The notes beneath the pieces are model-generated. The model did no database searches. It was given only the letters and a program-made list of their open reading frames with translations, and was not told the DNA's origin. A program made the translations under genes and the position numbers. From the NCBI GenBank assembly GCA_018898455.1, contig JAHIJO010000166.1:1-60066 (forward strand): a stretch of 60,066 bases of DNA, read 5' to 3'. Source of the stretch: Verrucomicrobiota bacterium. GTDB taxonomy: Bacteria; Verrucomicrobiota; Kiritimatiellia; JAAZAB01. Positions within the stretch are counted from its first letter, which is position 1, and each line of letters starts with the position of its first letter. Positions 1 to 8,946 of this stretch are shown piece by piece.

Positions 1-1
1 C

Positions 2-370
2 GCTACTTATAGTTATGACCGTAAATCGCAGTTGACCAGTGCGGAAGTGAGCAAGAAAGGCAAAGGCCGATTCGGTAAGGAGCGTCTCTATGACGTCCAT
101 TACACCTATGATGCGGCCGGTAACCGGATTGCGATGGAACTGGATGGCGAACAATTGCCCGTTCAGAGCTATGCCCCGACGCATGACCGGCACCCCCAGC
201 TCAAGCATCCGTTGAAAGTGGAATATTCTTACAACGATGCGGATCAGCTTGTCACGGAAAGCGCGTATCGGCTGAAGCAGTACTCCCGCTACACATGGGA
301 AGTGATAAGCAAACCCATGGCAAATTCCGCCTTGGAGCGATTTCAAGTTTCCAATTTCAGCGTTGCGTGA
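2..370 (+). pseudogene. Rhs/YD-repeat protein fragment (5' end outside the window, apparently 3'-truncated)
   Basis: Frame is open from base 2. YD-type repeats YSYDRKSQLT, YTYDAAGNRI and YSYNDADQL are present. It stops without an Rhs core end (PxxxxDPxG) or toxin tip. Confidence 0.6.
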
Positions 371-399
371 ACGCTTACAAAATTAGCATCTTGTTTTCC

Positions 400-1272
400 A
401 TGAAAACGATCATCGAAAAGGCCGGGGTCCTCATTGAAGCGATGCCTTACATCCGCTCGTTTCGCGGAGCAATCGTCGTCATCAAATTCGGCGGCAGCGC
501 CATGGAAGACAAAACCTGTCACGACGGTATCCTCGCCGATGCGGCCTTCATGGAATGCGCGGGATTGAAGCCGGTGATCGTTCATGGCGGCGGCAAAGCC
601 ATTTCACGGCGGATGGCCAAGGAAGGCATTCAGCCCGTATTTATTAACGGCTTGCGCGTGACGGACGCCGCCGGCGTGCGCCTGGTGGAAGAGGTTCTCA
701 ATCACGAGGTTAACGTCGAATTGGTGGAAACCCTGATTGCCTGCGGAGCTCAAGCAGCGGGTATCCAGGGGCCCAGCATCCTGCGGGCTGAAAAATTCAA
801 ACCGCTCGATCCCCGCACGCGCCAGCCGGTGGACCTGGGTTTTGTCGGCAAAGTGGTTCAGGTGGATACCGCGCCGGTTCAGGCCTGCCTGGAAGCCGGG
901 CTCATTCCGGTTATCACGCCGCTGGGCCGTGACTCCGCCGGCAACGTGTATAACATCAATGCCGATGACGCCGCCGGCGCTCTTGCCCAGGCTCTGAAGG
1001 CGCGCAAGCTCGTTTTTCTTTCGGATGTGCCGGGGCTGATGAAGAATCCCAAGGACCCCCACGTCATCATGTCCACCGTGAGCCGACGCGAGGTCGAAGA
1101 CTTGATCCGAACCGGCGTTATTGACGGCGGCATGTTGCCGAAAATTCAAGGAGCCCTGGACGCCCTGGCGGCGGGCGTCGGCAAAATCCATATTATTGAC
1201 GGGCGTCTGCCGCATTCCCTGTTGTTGGAAATATTCACAGACAAAGGCATCGGAACGGAGATAGTTCAATGA
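400..1272 (+). CDS. argB: Acetylglutamate kinase
   Basis: VIKFGGSAM, VHGGG, GLRVTD, NINAD, GGMLPK and LLLEIFTDKGIGT motifs; ATG at 400 chosen as start. Confidence 0.95.
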   Translation: MKTIIEKAGVLIEAMPYIRSFRGAIVVIKFGGSAMEDKTCHDGILADAAFMECAGLKPVIVHGGGKAISRRMAKEGIQPVFINGLRVTDAAGVRLVEEVLNHEVNVELVETLIACGAQAAGIQGPSILRAEKFKPLDPRTRQPVDLGFVGKVVQVDTAPVQACLEAGLIPVITPLGRDSAGNVYNINADDAAGALAQALKARKLVFLSDVPGLMKNPKDPHVIMSTVSRREVEDLIRTGVIDGGMLPKIQGALDALAAGVGKIHIIDGRLPHSLLLEIFTDKGIGTEIVQ

Positions 1273-2576
1273 CTAAAAGCGAAGACACGATTCAACTGTT
1301 CGATCAGCATGTGATTCCCTCGTACAGCCGGAAACCGGTGGTGTTCGTCCGGGGCAAGGGCACGAAAATCTGGGACGCCGACGGCAAGGTCTACCTGGAT
1401 TTCCTGGCCGGTATTGCAGTTACCGGCGCCGGCCACAGCCACCCGAAGATCATCGAGGCCATCCGCCGCCAATCGGAACAACTGATTCATATTTCCAACC
1501 TGTACTATCATGAAAACCAGGCCCTGCTGGCCAAAGCGCTTTCCGAACTGGCGCTGAATGGTAAGTGTTTTTTTTGCAATTCCGGCGCTGAAGCCAACGA
1601 GGCGCTGATCAAACTGGCCCGGCTCTGGGGGCATGACCGTAACCGCTTTGAGATCATCACCATGCGGGATTCCTTTCACGGGCGCACCCTGGCGACGCTG
1701 ACTGCCACGGGACAAACGAAAATCCAGAAGGGGTTCGAACCATTACCTGCCGGCTTTGTTTACGCCGATTTCAACAACCTGGAGTCCGTGAAAGCGGCGA
1801 TTACAGAGAAAACGGCCGCAATTCTCGTCGAAGCTGTTCAGGGCGAAGGCGGGGTCATTCCGGCGCAACCCGAATTTCTGAAGGGACTGCGAACGCTCTG
1901 CACCGAAAAAGACATCCTGTTGCTGTGCGATGAAGTGCAGTGCGGTATGGGCCGAACCGGCCATTGGTTTGCGTTTCAAGCTTATGACATCGAGCCGGAC
2001 GCTTTTTCGCTGGCCAAGGCATTGGCCGGCGGATATCCCATGGGCGCCATTGTCGCCGGGCCAAAACTGGCGGACGTGTTCCAGCCCGGCAAACATGGCA
2101 GCACCTTCGGCGGGTCGCCGCTGGCTTGCGCCGTCGCCCTGGCCATGATCCAGATTATCCGCGAGGAAGGTCTGCTTCAGCACGCGACCCAGATGGGCGA
2201 ACGTTTCAAAAAAGGGCTTCAGGCCTTGGTGGAAAAATACAAACCCTATCTGGTTGAAGTCCGCGGTAGGGGGCTAATGCTCGGACTCGTCCTCAATCAG
2301 CCGGCCAAGACACTGGAAGCCAGGCTGATGGACACGGGGCTCCTGAGCCTGGCCACGGCGGAAAACGTCATTCGCTTCTTGCCGCCGCTCAACGTCAAGC
2401 AAAACGAAGTGGATGAAGCGATCGACATCATCGCGGACACCTGCGCCGAGTGGCATGCCGAGCTGACCGGCATCCCTCTGTCTGCGGAACCGGAAACCGA
2501 GGCCGAAGCGGCGCCGGCAGCGACGGAATTGCCGACCGCGCCTGAAGCCCAGGCAGAACCAGCGGCGCAACCTTAA
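1269..2576 (+). CDS. argD: Acetylornithine/succinyl-DAP aminotransferase
   Basis: NSGAEANE, SFHGRT, DEVQCGMGRTG, LAKALAGG and HGSTFGG motifs; 4-bp overlap with argB; low-complexity Glu/Ala/Pro tail. Confidence 0.92.
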   Translation: MTKSEDTIQLFDQHVIPSYSRKPVVFVRGKGTKIWDADGKVYLDFLAGIAVTGAGHSHPKIIEAIRRQSEQLIHISNLYYHENQALLAKALSELALNGKCFFCNSGAEANEALIKLARLWGHDRNRFEIITMRDSFHGRTLATLTATGQTKIQKGFEPLPAGFVYADFNNLESVKAAITEKTAAILVEAVQGEGGVIPAQPEFLKGLRTLCTEKDILLLCDEVQCGMGRTGHWFAFQAYDIEPDAFSLAKALAGGYPMGAIVAGPKLADVFQPGKHGSTFGGSPLACAVALAMIQIIREEGLLQHATQMGERFKKGLQALVEKYKPYLVEVRGRGLMLGLVLNQPAKTLEARLMDTGLLSLATAENVIRFLPPLNVKQNEVDEAIDIIADTCAEWHAELTGIPLSAEPETEAEAAPAATELPTAPEAQAEPAAQP

Positions 2577-2614
2577 TTAGGCTCCGCAGCGGGGCAACTT
2601 TTCCAATATAAGTC

Positions 2615-2691
2615 TGTCATCCTGAACGAAGTGAAGGATCTCGGCCACCTTGTCAGTATGGCAGAGATTTCTCGTTACACTCGGAATGACA
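2615..2691. repeat. REP-like palindromic element TGTCATCCTGAACGAAGTGAAGGATCTC...GAGATTTCTCGTTACACTCGGAATGACA
   Basis: Imperfect inverted arms bounded by TGTCAT/ATGACA, intergenic between argD and lysA. Confidence 0.65.
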
Positions 2692-2723
2692 ATTTGTGTA
2701 ACTTTGATTGCGGCTCTTGAATC

Positions 2724-4019
2724 ATGACCGGCACGATTAATCCCAAGGTAATTTACTTGCCCACGGCGGCGATTCAACGGGCCGTACGCCGATATCCGAC
2801 GCCGTTTTTCCTTTACGAGGAGCAACGGATTCGAGAGAACTGCCGGCGTTTCCGCGACACCTTCAGAAAATATTTTCCTTCATTTGCGCCGCTCTACGCG
2901 GTCAAGGCCAACACGAATCCCTCCCTGCTCAAAATTATCTTTTCGGAAGGATTCGGGGCGGATGCATCCAGCGAAGCTGAAGCTTGGATCACCCGCCGCC
3001 TCGGCGGATGCGGCATGTACACCGGTAATTACACGACGCCGGAGGAATTCCAGTTCGTATTGAAGACCGGCGGTTTCCAACTGAATCTTGATGACATCAG
3101 CATGTTGCCCACCATCCGCCGGCTGGGCGCGCCCGAGTTCCTGTCATTCCGCGTCAATCCCGGTCTCAGTCAGGGCGGCATGAAAAGCCTGTTCCTGGCC
3201 GGACCGGATGCCAAGTACGGCGTGCCGCTCGAGGACATTGCGGCCGCGTATCGACAGGCCCGGTCGCTGGGCGTGAAACGATTCGGAATTCATGCGATGA
3301 CCGGCAGTAATGTGCTCGACAAAACATATTTCGCGGCCGTAGCCGCCAAACTGCTGCAAATCGTTGCCCGGATCAATCGGGAAGCCGGTATTGTTATTGA
3401 GCGCCTGAATATCGGCGGCGGATTCGGGGTGCCGTATCGACCGGAGCAGAAAAGCCTCGATCTGGAAGCTGTCGCCCGGGGTGTTCGCCAAGCGTTTGAC
3501 GCCCAATGCGCCCGATATGGAATTACAGAACCCATCCTGATGGCGGAGCCGGGGCGATGCATTATGGCCGATACCGGCTGGCTTATCGGCCGGGTCCACG
3601 TCATCAAGAACAGCCAGAAGACCTTTGTCGGCATCGATGCCGGCATGAACGATCTTCCCCGCCCGGCTATTTATGACGCCTATCACCAGGTCACGGTTCT
3701 TGGGAAACCATTGCGCGGGGTCGTCAAGAAAGTCAATGTGGTCGGGCGTTTATGCGAAAATAATGATCAGTTTGCCAGGGATCGAATGCTTCCGGTCGTC
3801 AAGGTGGGCGATTTTCTTGTTATTCATAATGCGGGCGCTCATGCCTTTGCCATGGCGCACAACTACAACAACCGTCTCCGCAGCGCAGAATACCTGCTCA
3901 CCCGGCGCGGTATCATGTGCCGCATTCGCCGGGCGGAAACCATCCGGGATCTCTTTCGAAACAGCGCCATCCCTCATTGCAGTCGTAGGGGCCGTTCGTC
4001 AGAACGGTCCGTCAGCTGA
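2724..4019 (+). CDS. lysA: Diaminopimelate decarboxylase
   Basis: YAVKAN PLP lysine, NIGGGFG, EPGR and LCENND motifs; lies next to dapA/dapB. Confidence 0.88.
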   Translation: MTGTINPKVIYLPTAAIQRAVRRYPTPFFLYEEQRIRENCRRFRDTFRKYFPSFAPLYAVKANTNPSLLKIIFSEGFGADASSEAEAWITRRLGGCGMYTGNYTTPEEFQFVLKTGGFQLNLDDISMLPTIRRLGAPEFLSFRVNPGLSQGGMKSLFLAGPDAKYGVPLEDIAAAYRQARSLGVKRFGIHAMTGSNVLDKTYFAAVAAKLLQIVARINREAGIVIERLNIGGGFGVPYRPEQKSLDLEAVARGVRQAFDAQCARYGITEPILMAEPGRCIMADTGWLIGRVHVIKNSQKTFVGIDAGMNDLPRPAIYDAYHQVTVLGKPLRGVVKKVNVVGRLCENNDQFARDRMLPVVKVGDFLVIHNAGAHAFAMAHNYNNRLRSAEYLLTRRGIMCRIRRAETIRDLFRNSAIPHCSRRGRSSERSVS

Positions 4020-4066
4020 CGGACCGTTCTTCCCGCTCGGAGCGGGACAAGTCGCACCGCCGCTAC
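3985..4066. repeat. GTAG...CTAC REP-like element, copy 1
   Basis: GTAGGGGCCGTTCGTCAGAACGG...CCGCTAC; related copies at 11682 and 26751. Confidence 0.75.
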
Positions 4067-4191
4067 ATCCCCCCAATAACTGACCGGTTCCAAAAGAGGA
4101 TGGTTTTACCTTGACTCCAAGCCGCTAACCGATTAGTGATTACGGCATGGTTACATAAAGAGACCAGGCCAATCTCAGGAGGAATGCAGTC

Positions 4192-5058
4192 ATGTTTGAA
4201 GGCGCCTATACCGCGGTGGTCACTCCTTTTAATGCCAAGGGCGGCGTGGATTTTGGCAAATTTAAGGCTTTAATCGAACGTCAGATCCAGGGGGGAATAG
4301 ATGGCATTGTGCCGGTAGGAACAACCGGCGAATCCCCGACGCTGAATTGCGACGAGCATAAACAAGTGATCAAAACGGCCGTGGAAGCATGCCGCGGCCG
4401 CATTAAAGTTATTGCCGGCGCCGGCGCCAACTCCACCAGCGAAGCGATTGAGTTGACCCGGTTCGCCCTGGACAGCGGCGCTGATGGCACGCTCCAGGTT
4501 GCGCCTTATTATAACAAGCCCAATCAGGAAGGTCTTTACCGTCATTTTTCGACCATTGCCGACATTGGCCTGCCGGTGGTGCTCTATAATATCCCGGGCC
4601 GCACGGGAGTGGAGATTGCTTTGGACACCGTGTTCAAGCTTGCCAAACATCCTCGAATTGCCGCCGTCAAGGAAGCCGCCGGCAATGTAAGCCGGGTCAG
4701 CCAGATCACGATGGCCTGTAATTTATGTGTGCTGTCCGGCGACGATCCGCTGACGCTCCCCATGATGATTGTCGGCGCCAAAGGCGTGATCAGCGTGGCA
4801 TCGAACGTGGTTCCCCAGGCCGTGGCGGATATGGTCCATGCCGCCCTGGGCGGCGACTGGGCCAAAGCTTCTCAATTGCATCGAATGTATTTCCGACTCT
4901 TCAGCGACATTTTCCTCGACACGAATCCAATTCCGGTGAAATCCGCTTTGGCCATGATGGGTCAGATCGAAGAGGTTTATCGCCTGCCGTTGTGCCCGCC
5001 CGGCGAAAGTATCAAAACCAAGCTGGCGGAATGTCTGAAATCATATAATCTGATATAA
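4192..5058 (+). CDS. dapA: 4-hydroxy-tetrahydrodipicolinate synthase
   Basis: GTTGESPTL, PYYNKP, LYNIPGRTG, VKEA, SGDD and NPIPVK motifs; AGGAGG RBS. Confidence 0.96.
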   Translation: MFEGAYTAVVTPFNAKGGVDFGKFKALIERQIQGGIDGIVPVGTTGESPTLNCDEHKQVIKTAVEACRGRIKVIAGAGANSTSEAIELTRFALDSGADGTLQVAPYYNKPNQEGLYRHFSTIADIGLPVVLYNIPGRTGVEIALDTVFKLAKHPRIAAVKEAAGNVSRVSQITMACNLCVLSGDDPLTLPMMIVGAKGVISVASNVVPQAVADMVHAALGGDWAKASQLHRMYFRLFSDIFLDTNPIPVKSALAMMGQIEEVYRLPLCPPGESIKTKLAECLKSYNLI

Positions 5059-5065
5059 GGAACTC

Positions 5066-5869
5066 ATGATCAAAATCACCATTCTTGGAGCGGCTGGACG
5101 CATGGGCCAGGCGCTGATTCGCTGTTCCCGCCAAACCGCCACGCTGCGTGTGGTTGGCGCCGTGGATGCGGATCAATGCCCCCTGCTGGGGAAAGACGCT
5201 GGAGTTGTTGCCGGGATTGCCGATATCGGCGTACTGTTGAGCGCGGATCCACGCAAAGCGGCGCATGCGGCCGACGTGCTGATCGACTTCAGTTTTCCTT
5301 CCGCCACGGTCCTGCATGCCCGCTTGGCCGCCGAACTGAAAAAGGCCATGGTTATCGGAACTACGGGACTGAACGAGAAGGACAGCGAGGGCGTGAGAAA
5401 AGCGTCGAAAAAAATTCCCATCGTCTGGTCCCCGAACATGAGCCTGGGGGTCAATCTTCTGTTTGCGATGGTCGAACAGACGGCTCGGCGTCTGGCCGCC
5501 TATGATGTGGAAATCGTCGAAATCCATCACCAGCATAAAAAGGATGCTCCCAGCGGCACGGCGCTCCGTCTGGCCGAGGCGACAGCATCGGCCCGCGGCC
5601 TGACCCTCAACGCCGCGGTTATCCATGGACGCCAGGGCATGGTGGGCGAACGACCGGCCGGCCAGATCGGCATTCATTCCCTCCGGGCGGGTGATGTCGT
5701 CGGCGATCATACGGTGATCTTTGCGACAAACGGTGAGCGCTTGGAGTTAACCCATCGCGCCGGCAGTCGGGACTGTTTTGCTTTGGGCGCCCTGCGCGCC
5801 GCGGAATGGGTCATGGGACGCAAGCCGGGATTATACTCCATGCAACACGTTCTGGAAATCAACAGCTAA
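5066..5869 (+). CDS. dapB: 4-hydroxy-tetrahydrodipicolinate reductase
   Basis: GAAGRMG, IGTTG, PNMSLGVN and EIHHQHKKDAPSGTA motifs. Confidence 0.96.
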   Translation: MIKITILGAAGRMGQALIRCSRQTATLRVVGAVDADQCPLLGKDAGVVAGIADIGVLLSADPRKAAHAADVLIDFSFPSATVLHARLAAELKKAMVIGTTGLNEKDSEGVRKASKKIPIVWSPNMSLGVNLLFAMVEQTARRLAAYDVEIVEIHHQHKKDAPSGTALRLAEATASARGLTLNAAVIHGRQGMVGERPAGQIGIHSLRAGDVVGDHTVIFATNGERLELTHRAGSRDCFALGALRAAEWVMGRKPGLYSMQHVLEINS

Positions 5870-5890
5870 CATGATTAAGGGTAAAACAAC

Positions 5891-6394
5891 ATGGAAATCG
5901 GCCTCAGTCTCGGCGCCAATGTGGGGGATCGTCTCGCCTATCTGATCCAGGCTAAACAGCGGATACTGGCGCTCCCTGGCATCAGCCTGATGGCCCAGTC
6001 TCCCGTTTATGAAACCGAGCCGGTGGATGTGTCGCCCGAATTCAGAAACATTCCCTTCCTGAACAGCGTGCTGATCATCGAAACCCTGATTTCCATCCGC
6101 CAGCTGATGAACTTCTTTCAATTCATCGAGCAACAGATCGGGCGTGTTCCCAATCCGGTGACCAATGCGCCGCGCCCTGTGGATATCGATATCATCTATG
6201 CCGATCAACTGCAAATCGAGGAAGACCATATCGTGATCCCCCATCCGCGCTGGGCCCTGCGGCGTTTTGTGGTTCAGCCCCTGTGCGATGTCCGTCCGGA
6301 ATTGCAGATTTCCGGCCAATCCGCTATCGTTAATGATGTTCTGGTTCAACTCCAGGATCCAAGCCAAGTCACTTTGTTCACGAAAACGTGGTAG
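5891..6394 (+). CDS. folK: HPPK (6-hydroxymethyl-7,8-dihydropterin pyrophosphokinase)
   Basis: LSLGANVG, YETEP, FLNSV, PRPVDIDI and IPHPR motifs. Confidence 0.93.
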   Translation: MEIGLSLGANVGDRLAYLIQAKQRILALPGISLMAQSPVYETEPVDVSPEFRNIPFLNSVLIIETLISIRQLMNFFQFIEQQIGRVPNPVTNAPRPVDIDIIYADQLQIEEDHIVIPHPRWALRRFVVQPLCDVRPELQISGQSAIVNDVLVQLQDPSQVTLFTKTW

Positions 6395-6434
6395 GGTAGG
6401 GGTTCGGCTGAGCAAGACTGGGAGAAAAGGAATC

Positions 6435-7238
6435 ATGAGCGCCACAAAATGGACCGCGGTCCGCATTCGGGCCATGAAGGGCCAGGGCAAATTCGCCTGT
6501 TTGACGGCCTATGATTTTTCCACCGCGCGTCTGGTGGATGAAGCAGGAATCCCGCTGATCCTGGTCGGCGATTCTCTGGCCATGACCATGTTGGGATACG
6601 ACACCACCTTGCCGGTCACGATGGCCGCCATGCTCCATCACGCGGCGGCGGTGGCCCGCGGGGTCTCCGGAGCGCTGGTCGTGGCCGATATGCCGTTCAT
6701 GTCGTATCAGGTTTCTGTCGCGCAGGCTCTTGAAAACGCCGGCCGGTTCATCAAGGAAGCCGGCGCCGATGCCGTGAAAATCGAAGGCGGCCGATTCCGG
6801 GCACCCACGGTCAAAGCGTTAATCGAAAACGGGATTCCAGTTCTGGCCCATATCGGACTGACTCCGCAAAGCATTCATACCCTGGGCGGGTACAAGGTCC
6901 AGGGAAAGAAATCGGAGGAAGCCCAACGCCTGGTGGAAGACGCCCAAGCCCTGGAAGATGCCGGGGCTTTTGCCATTGTCCTGGAATGTCTGCCGCCGGC
7001 CCTGGGTGAAGCCATCACCAAGACTGTCGGCATTCCCACCATCGGGATTGGCGCGGGACCTCATTGCGACGGACAGATTCTCGTGACGCACGACCTCCTG
7101 GGCATTACCGGCGAGGTGTCTCCAAAATTCATCAAGCGTTACGCCGCGCTGGGAGCTTCCATGAAACAGGCTTTTTCAGAGTACAAGCGCGAAGTGGAAC
7201 AGGGCCATTTCCCCGGACCCGAACATTGCTACACGTGA
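6435..7238 (+). CDS. panB: Ketopantoate hydroxymethyltransferase
   Basis: LTAYD, LVGDS, ADMPF, KIEGG, HIGLTPQ and DGQILV motifs; ATG at 6435. Confidence 0.96.
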   Translation: MSATKWTAVRIRAMKGQGKFACLTAYDFSTARLVDEAGIPLILVGDSLAMTMLGYDTTLPVTMAAMLHHAAAVARGVSGALVVADMPFMSYQVSVAQALENAGRFIKEAGADAVKIEGGRFRAPTVKALIENGIPVLAHIGLTPQSIHTLGGYKVQGKKSEEAQRLVEDAQALEDAGAFAIVLECLPPALGEAITKTVGIPTIGIGAGPHCDGQILVTHDLLGITGEVSPKFIKRYAALGASMKQAFSEYKREVEQGHFPGPEHCYT

Positions 7239-7258
7239 TGCCTGGTAAGCCTTAGGCC

Positions 7259-8155
7259 ATGAACATCGTCACTTCACCCGAACAAATGCAAGCTACCGCG
7301 TTGGCCCTGCGGCGGGCCGGGCAACCGATCGGTCTGGTTCCCACCATGGGGTTTCTCCACGCCGGTCATCTATCGCTGGTCAAATTGGCCAGGCAAGCTG
7401 TTCCGCCGTCTGCATCCCCAACCGGAAAATCAACCGTGGTGCTCAGCATTTTTGTCAATCCCATCCAGTTCGGACCCAACGAGGATTTTAATCAATATCC
7501 CCGGAATTTCGACCGGGATTGCCGGCTTTGTGAACAGGAAGGCGTGGATATTATTTTCCATCCATCCGTGGAATCCATGTGCCTTCAGGATCCTGCGGTA
7601 TTCGTGGAAGAAACAGCCTTGTCCAAAGGGTTGTGCGGATGCTTGCGACCGGGGCATTTCCGGGGGGTTCTGACGGTTGTGGCCAAGTTCTTCAACCTGA
7701 TCCAGCCCCAGGTCGCCGTATTTGGCGAGAAAGACGCCCAGCAGGTCCGCCTCATTCAGCAAATGGTTCGCGACTTGAATTTTCCCATCCGGATCATTTT
7801 CGGACCGATCGTTCGTGAGCCCGATGGATTGGCCATGAGCTCCCGCAATACCTATCTTTCGACCGCGGAACGACGCGACGCCCTCTGCCTGGTCCAATCC
7901 CTGCAGTTGGCCCGGAGCCTGTATCGGCAAGGGGAGCGCGACGCCGGGAAAATCATTTCGGCCATGACGCAGAAGATCCGCGATATCCCGTCGGCGGCTA
8001 TCGATTATATCGAAGTCGTTGACGACGCCACGTTACAGCCGGTCCAAACGCTGAACGGCGCCGTGCTGATCGCGCTGGCCGTGCGCATCGGGAAAACCCG
8101 GTTGATCGACAACCTGATGCTTCCGGACGATCACCTGTGTCAAATTCCGGACTGA
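7259..8155 (+). CDS. panC: Pantothenate synthetase
   Basis: PTMGFLHAGH, FVNPIQF, RPGHF, FGEKD, GLAMSSRN and RLIDN motifs. Confidence 0.96.
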   Translation: MNIVTSPEQMQATALALRRAGQPIGLVPTMGFLHAGHLSLVKLARQAVPPSASPTGKSTVVLSIFVNPIQFGPNEDFNQYPRNFDRDCRLCEQEGVDIIFHPSVESMCLQDPAVFVEETALSKGLCGCLRPGHFRGVLTVVAKFFNLIQPQVAVFGEKDAQQVRLIQQMVRDLNFPIRIIFGPIVREPDGLAMSSRNTYLSTAERRDALCLVQSLQLARSLYRQGERDAGKIISAMTQKIRDIPSAAIDYIEVVDDATLQPVQTLNGAVLIALAVRIGKTRLIDNLMLPDDHLCQIPD

Positions 8156-8862
8156 TCCAGCGCAGACTGGTAAAAAGCGTAGTGGTTTTTATAATCATTA
8201 TACAGCAAATACAACGGGGCTTCGTCTTCTTCGACGGTTGAAAATCGCCCCACCGTTTTGTAGAAGCGATTATCAATGTGATCGTCATTCACCCGGCTCA
8301 CTTCTCCCACCAGAATGGGCCCGGCGCCCTTTTTCCCCCAGAATTCATGATACAGGTGTGACGGTAGGCAGATGGAAGCTCCGGGTTTCAATACGACCGT
8401 TCCTCCAGCCTTCACCGTGGTGTTAACGCCGTCGCAACTGACGGTGACATTCGACTTGGCGAGTTTCTCATGGGGTGTCGAATTCCACAGTCGAATCACC
8501 AACTCCCCGCCGCCGCGGTTGATGATATCTTCCATCTTTTGAAAGTGGAAATGGGTGGGAGTGATTTGGTTTTCCTGTACAATCAATATTTTTTCAGCAT
8601 AAACCTTGCCGTTTATTTTGGACAATTCGCTGATCGTGCCATTGCGGATCGTAAACAAAAACAAGCCTATCCGCTTAAAGTCACCGCTTCCGAAATCCGT
8701 GATATCCCAGCCCATCTGCTGCGTCACGATCTCCCGACATTCCGGCCCCTTGCGCTTCCATTCCGCAGGCGACCAAAATGCAAAAGGAGGAAGGTAAAAA
8801 TTCATTTTTTGCATAAACCGCAAACTGTCTTTCATGATTTGGTTGATTTCCGAGCGTTTCAT
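8140..8862 (-). CDS. D-lyxose/D-mannose family sugar isomerase (cupin)
   Basis: MKRSEIN start, GWDITDFG, YAEK, PTHFHFQKMEDIINRGGG and GEVSRVNDD motifs. Confidence 0.88.
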   Translation of the reverse strand: MKRSEINQIMKDSLRFMQKMNFYLPPFAFWSPAEWKRKGPECREIVTQQMGWDITDFGSGDFKRIGLFLFTIRNGTISELSKINGKVYAEKILIVQENQITPTHFHFQKMEDIINRGGGELVIRLWNSTPHEKLAKSNVTVSCDGVNTTVKAGGTVVLKPGASICLPSHLYHEFWGKKGAGPILVGEVSRVNDDHIDNRFYKTVGRFSTVEEDEAPLYLLYNDYKNHYAFYQSALDQSGI

Positions 8863-8946
8863 GTTACGTCCTTACCTATGCTTCGTTAATTTCACCCGCA
8901 TAATATCTTCCACCGCAATCTGTCCGCCATAGAAGTCATTGACCCA

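Noticed and set aside
295-399. Longer N-terminus of argB (and similar upstream extensions of panB, GNAT, cupin, lpxA, cas3 and REC-PP2C in the ORF track)
   Set aside because: Downstream ATGs fit family lengths and RBS positions better; the extensions overlap neighbours or repeats.
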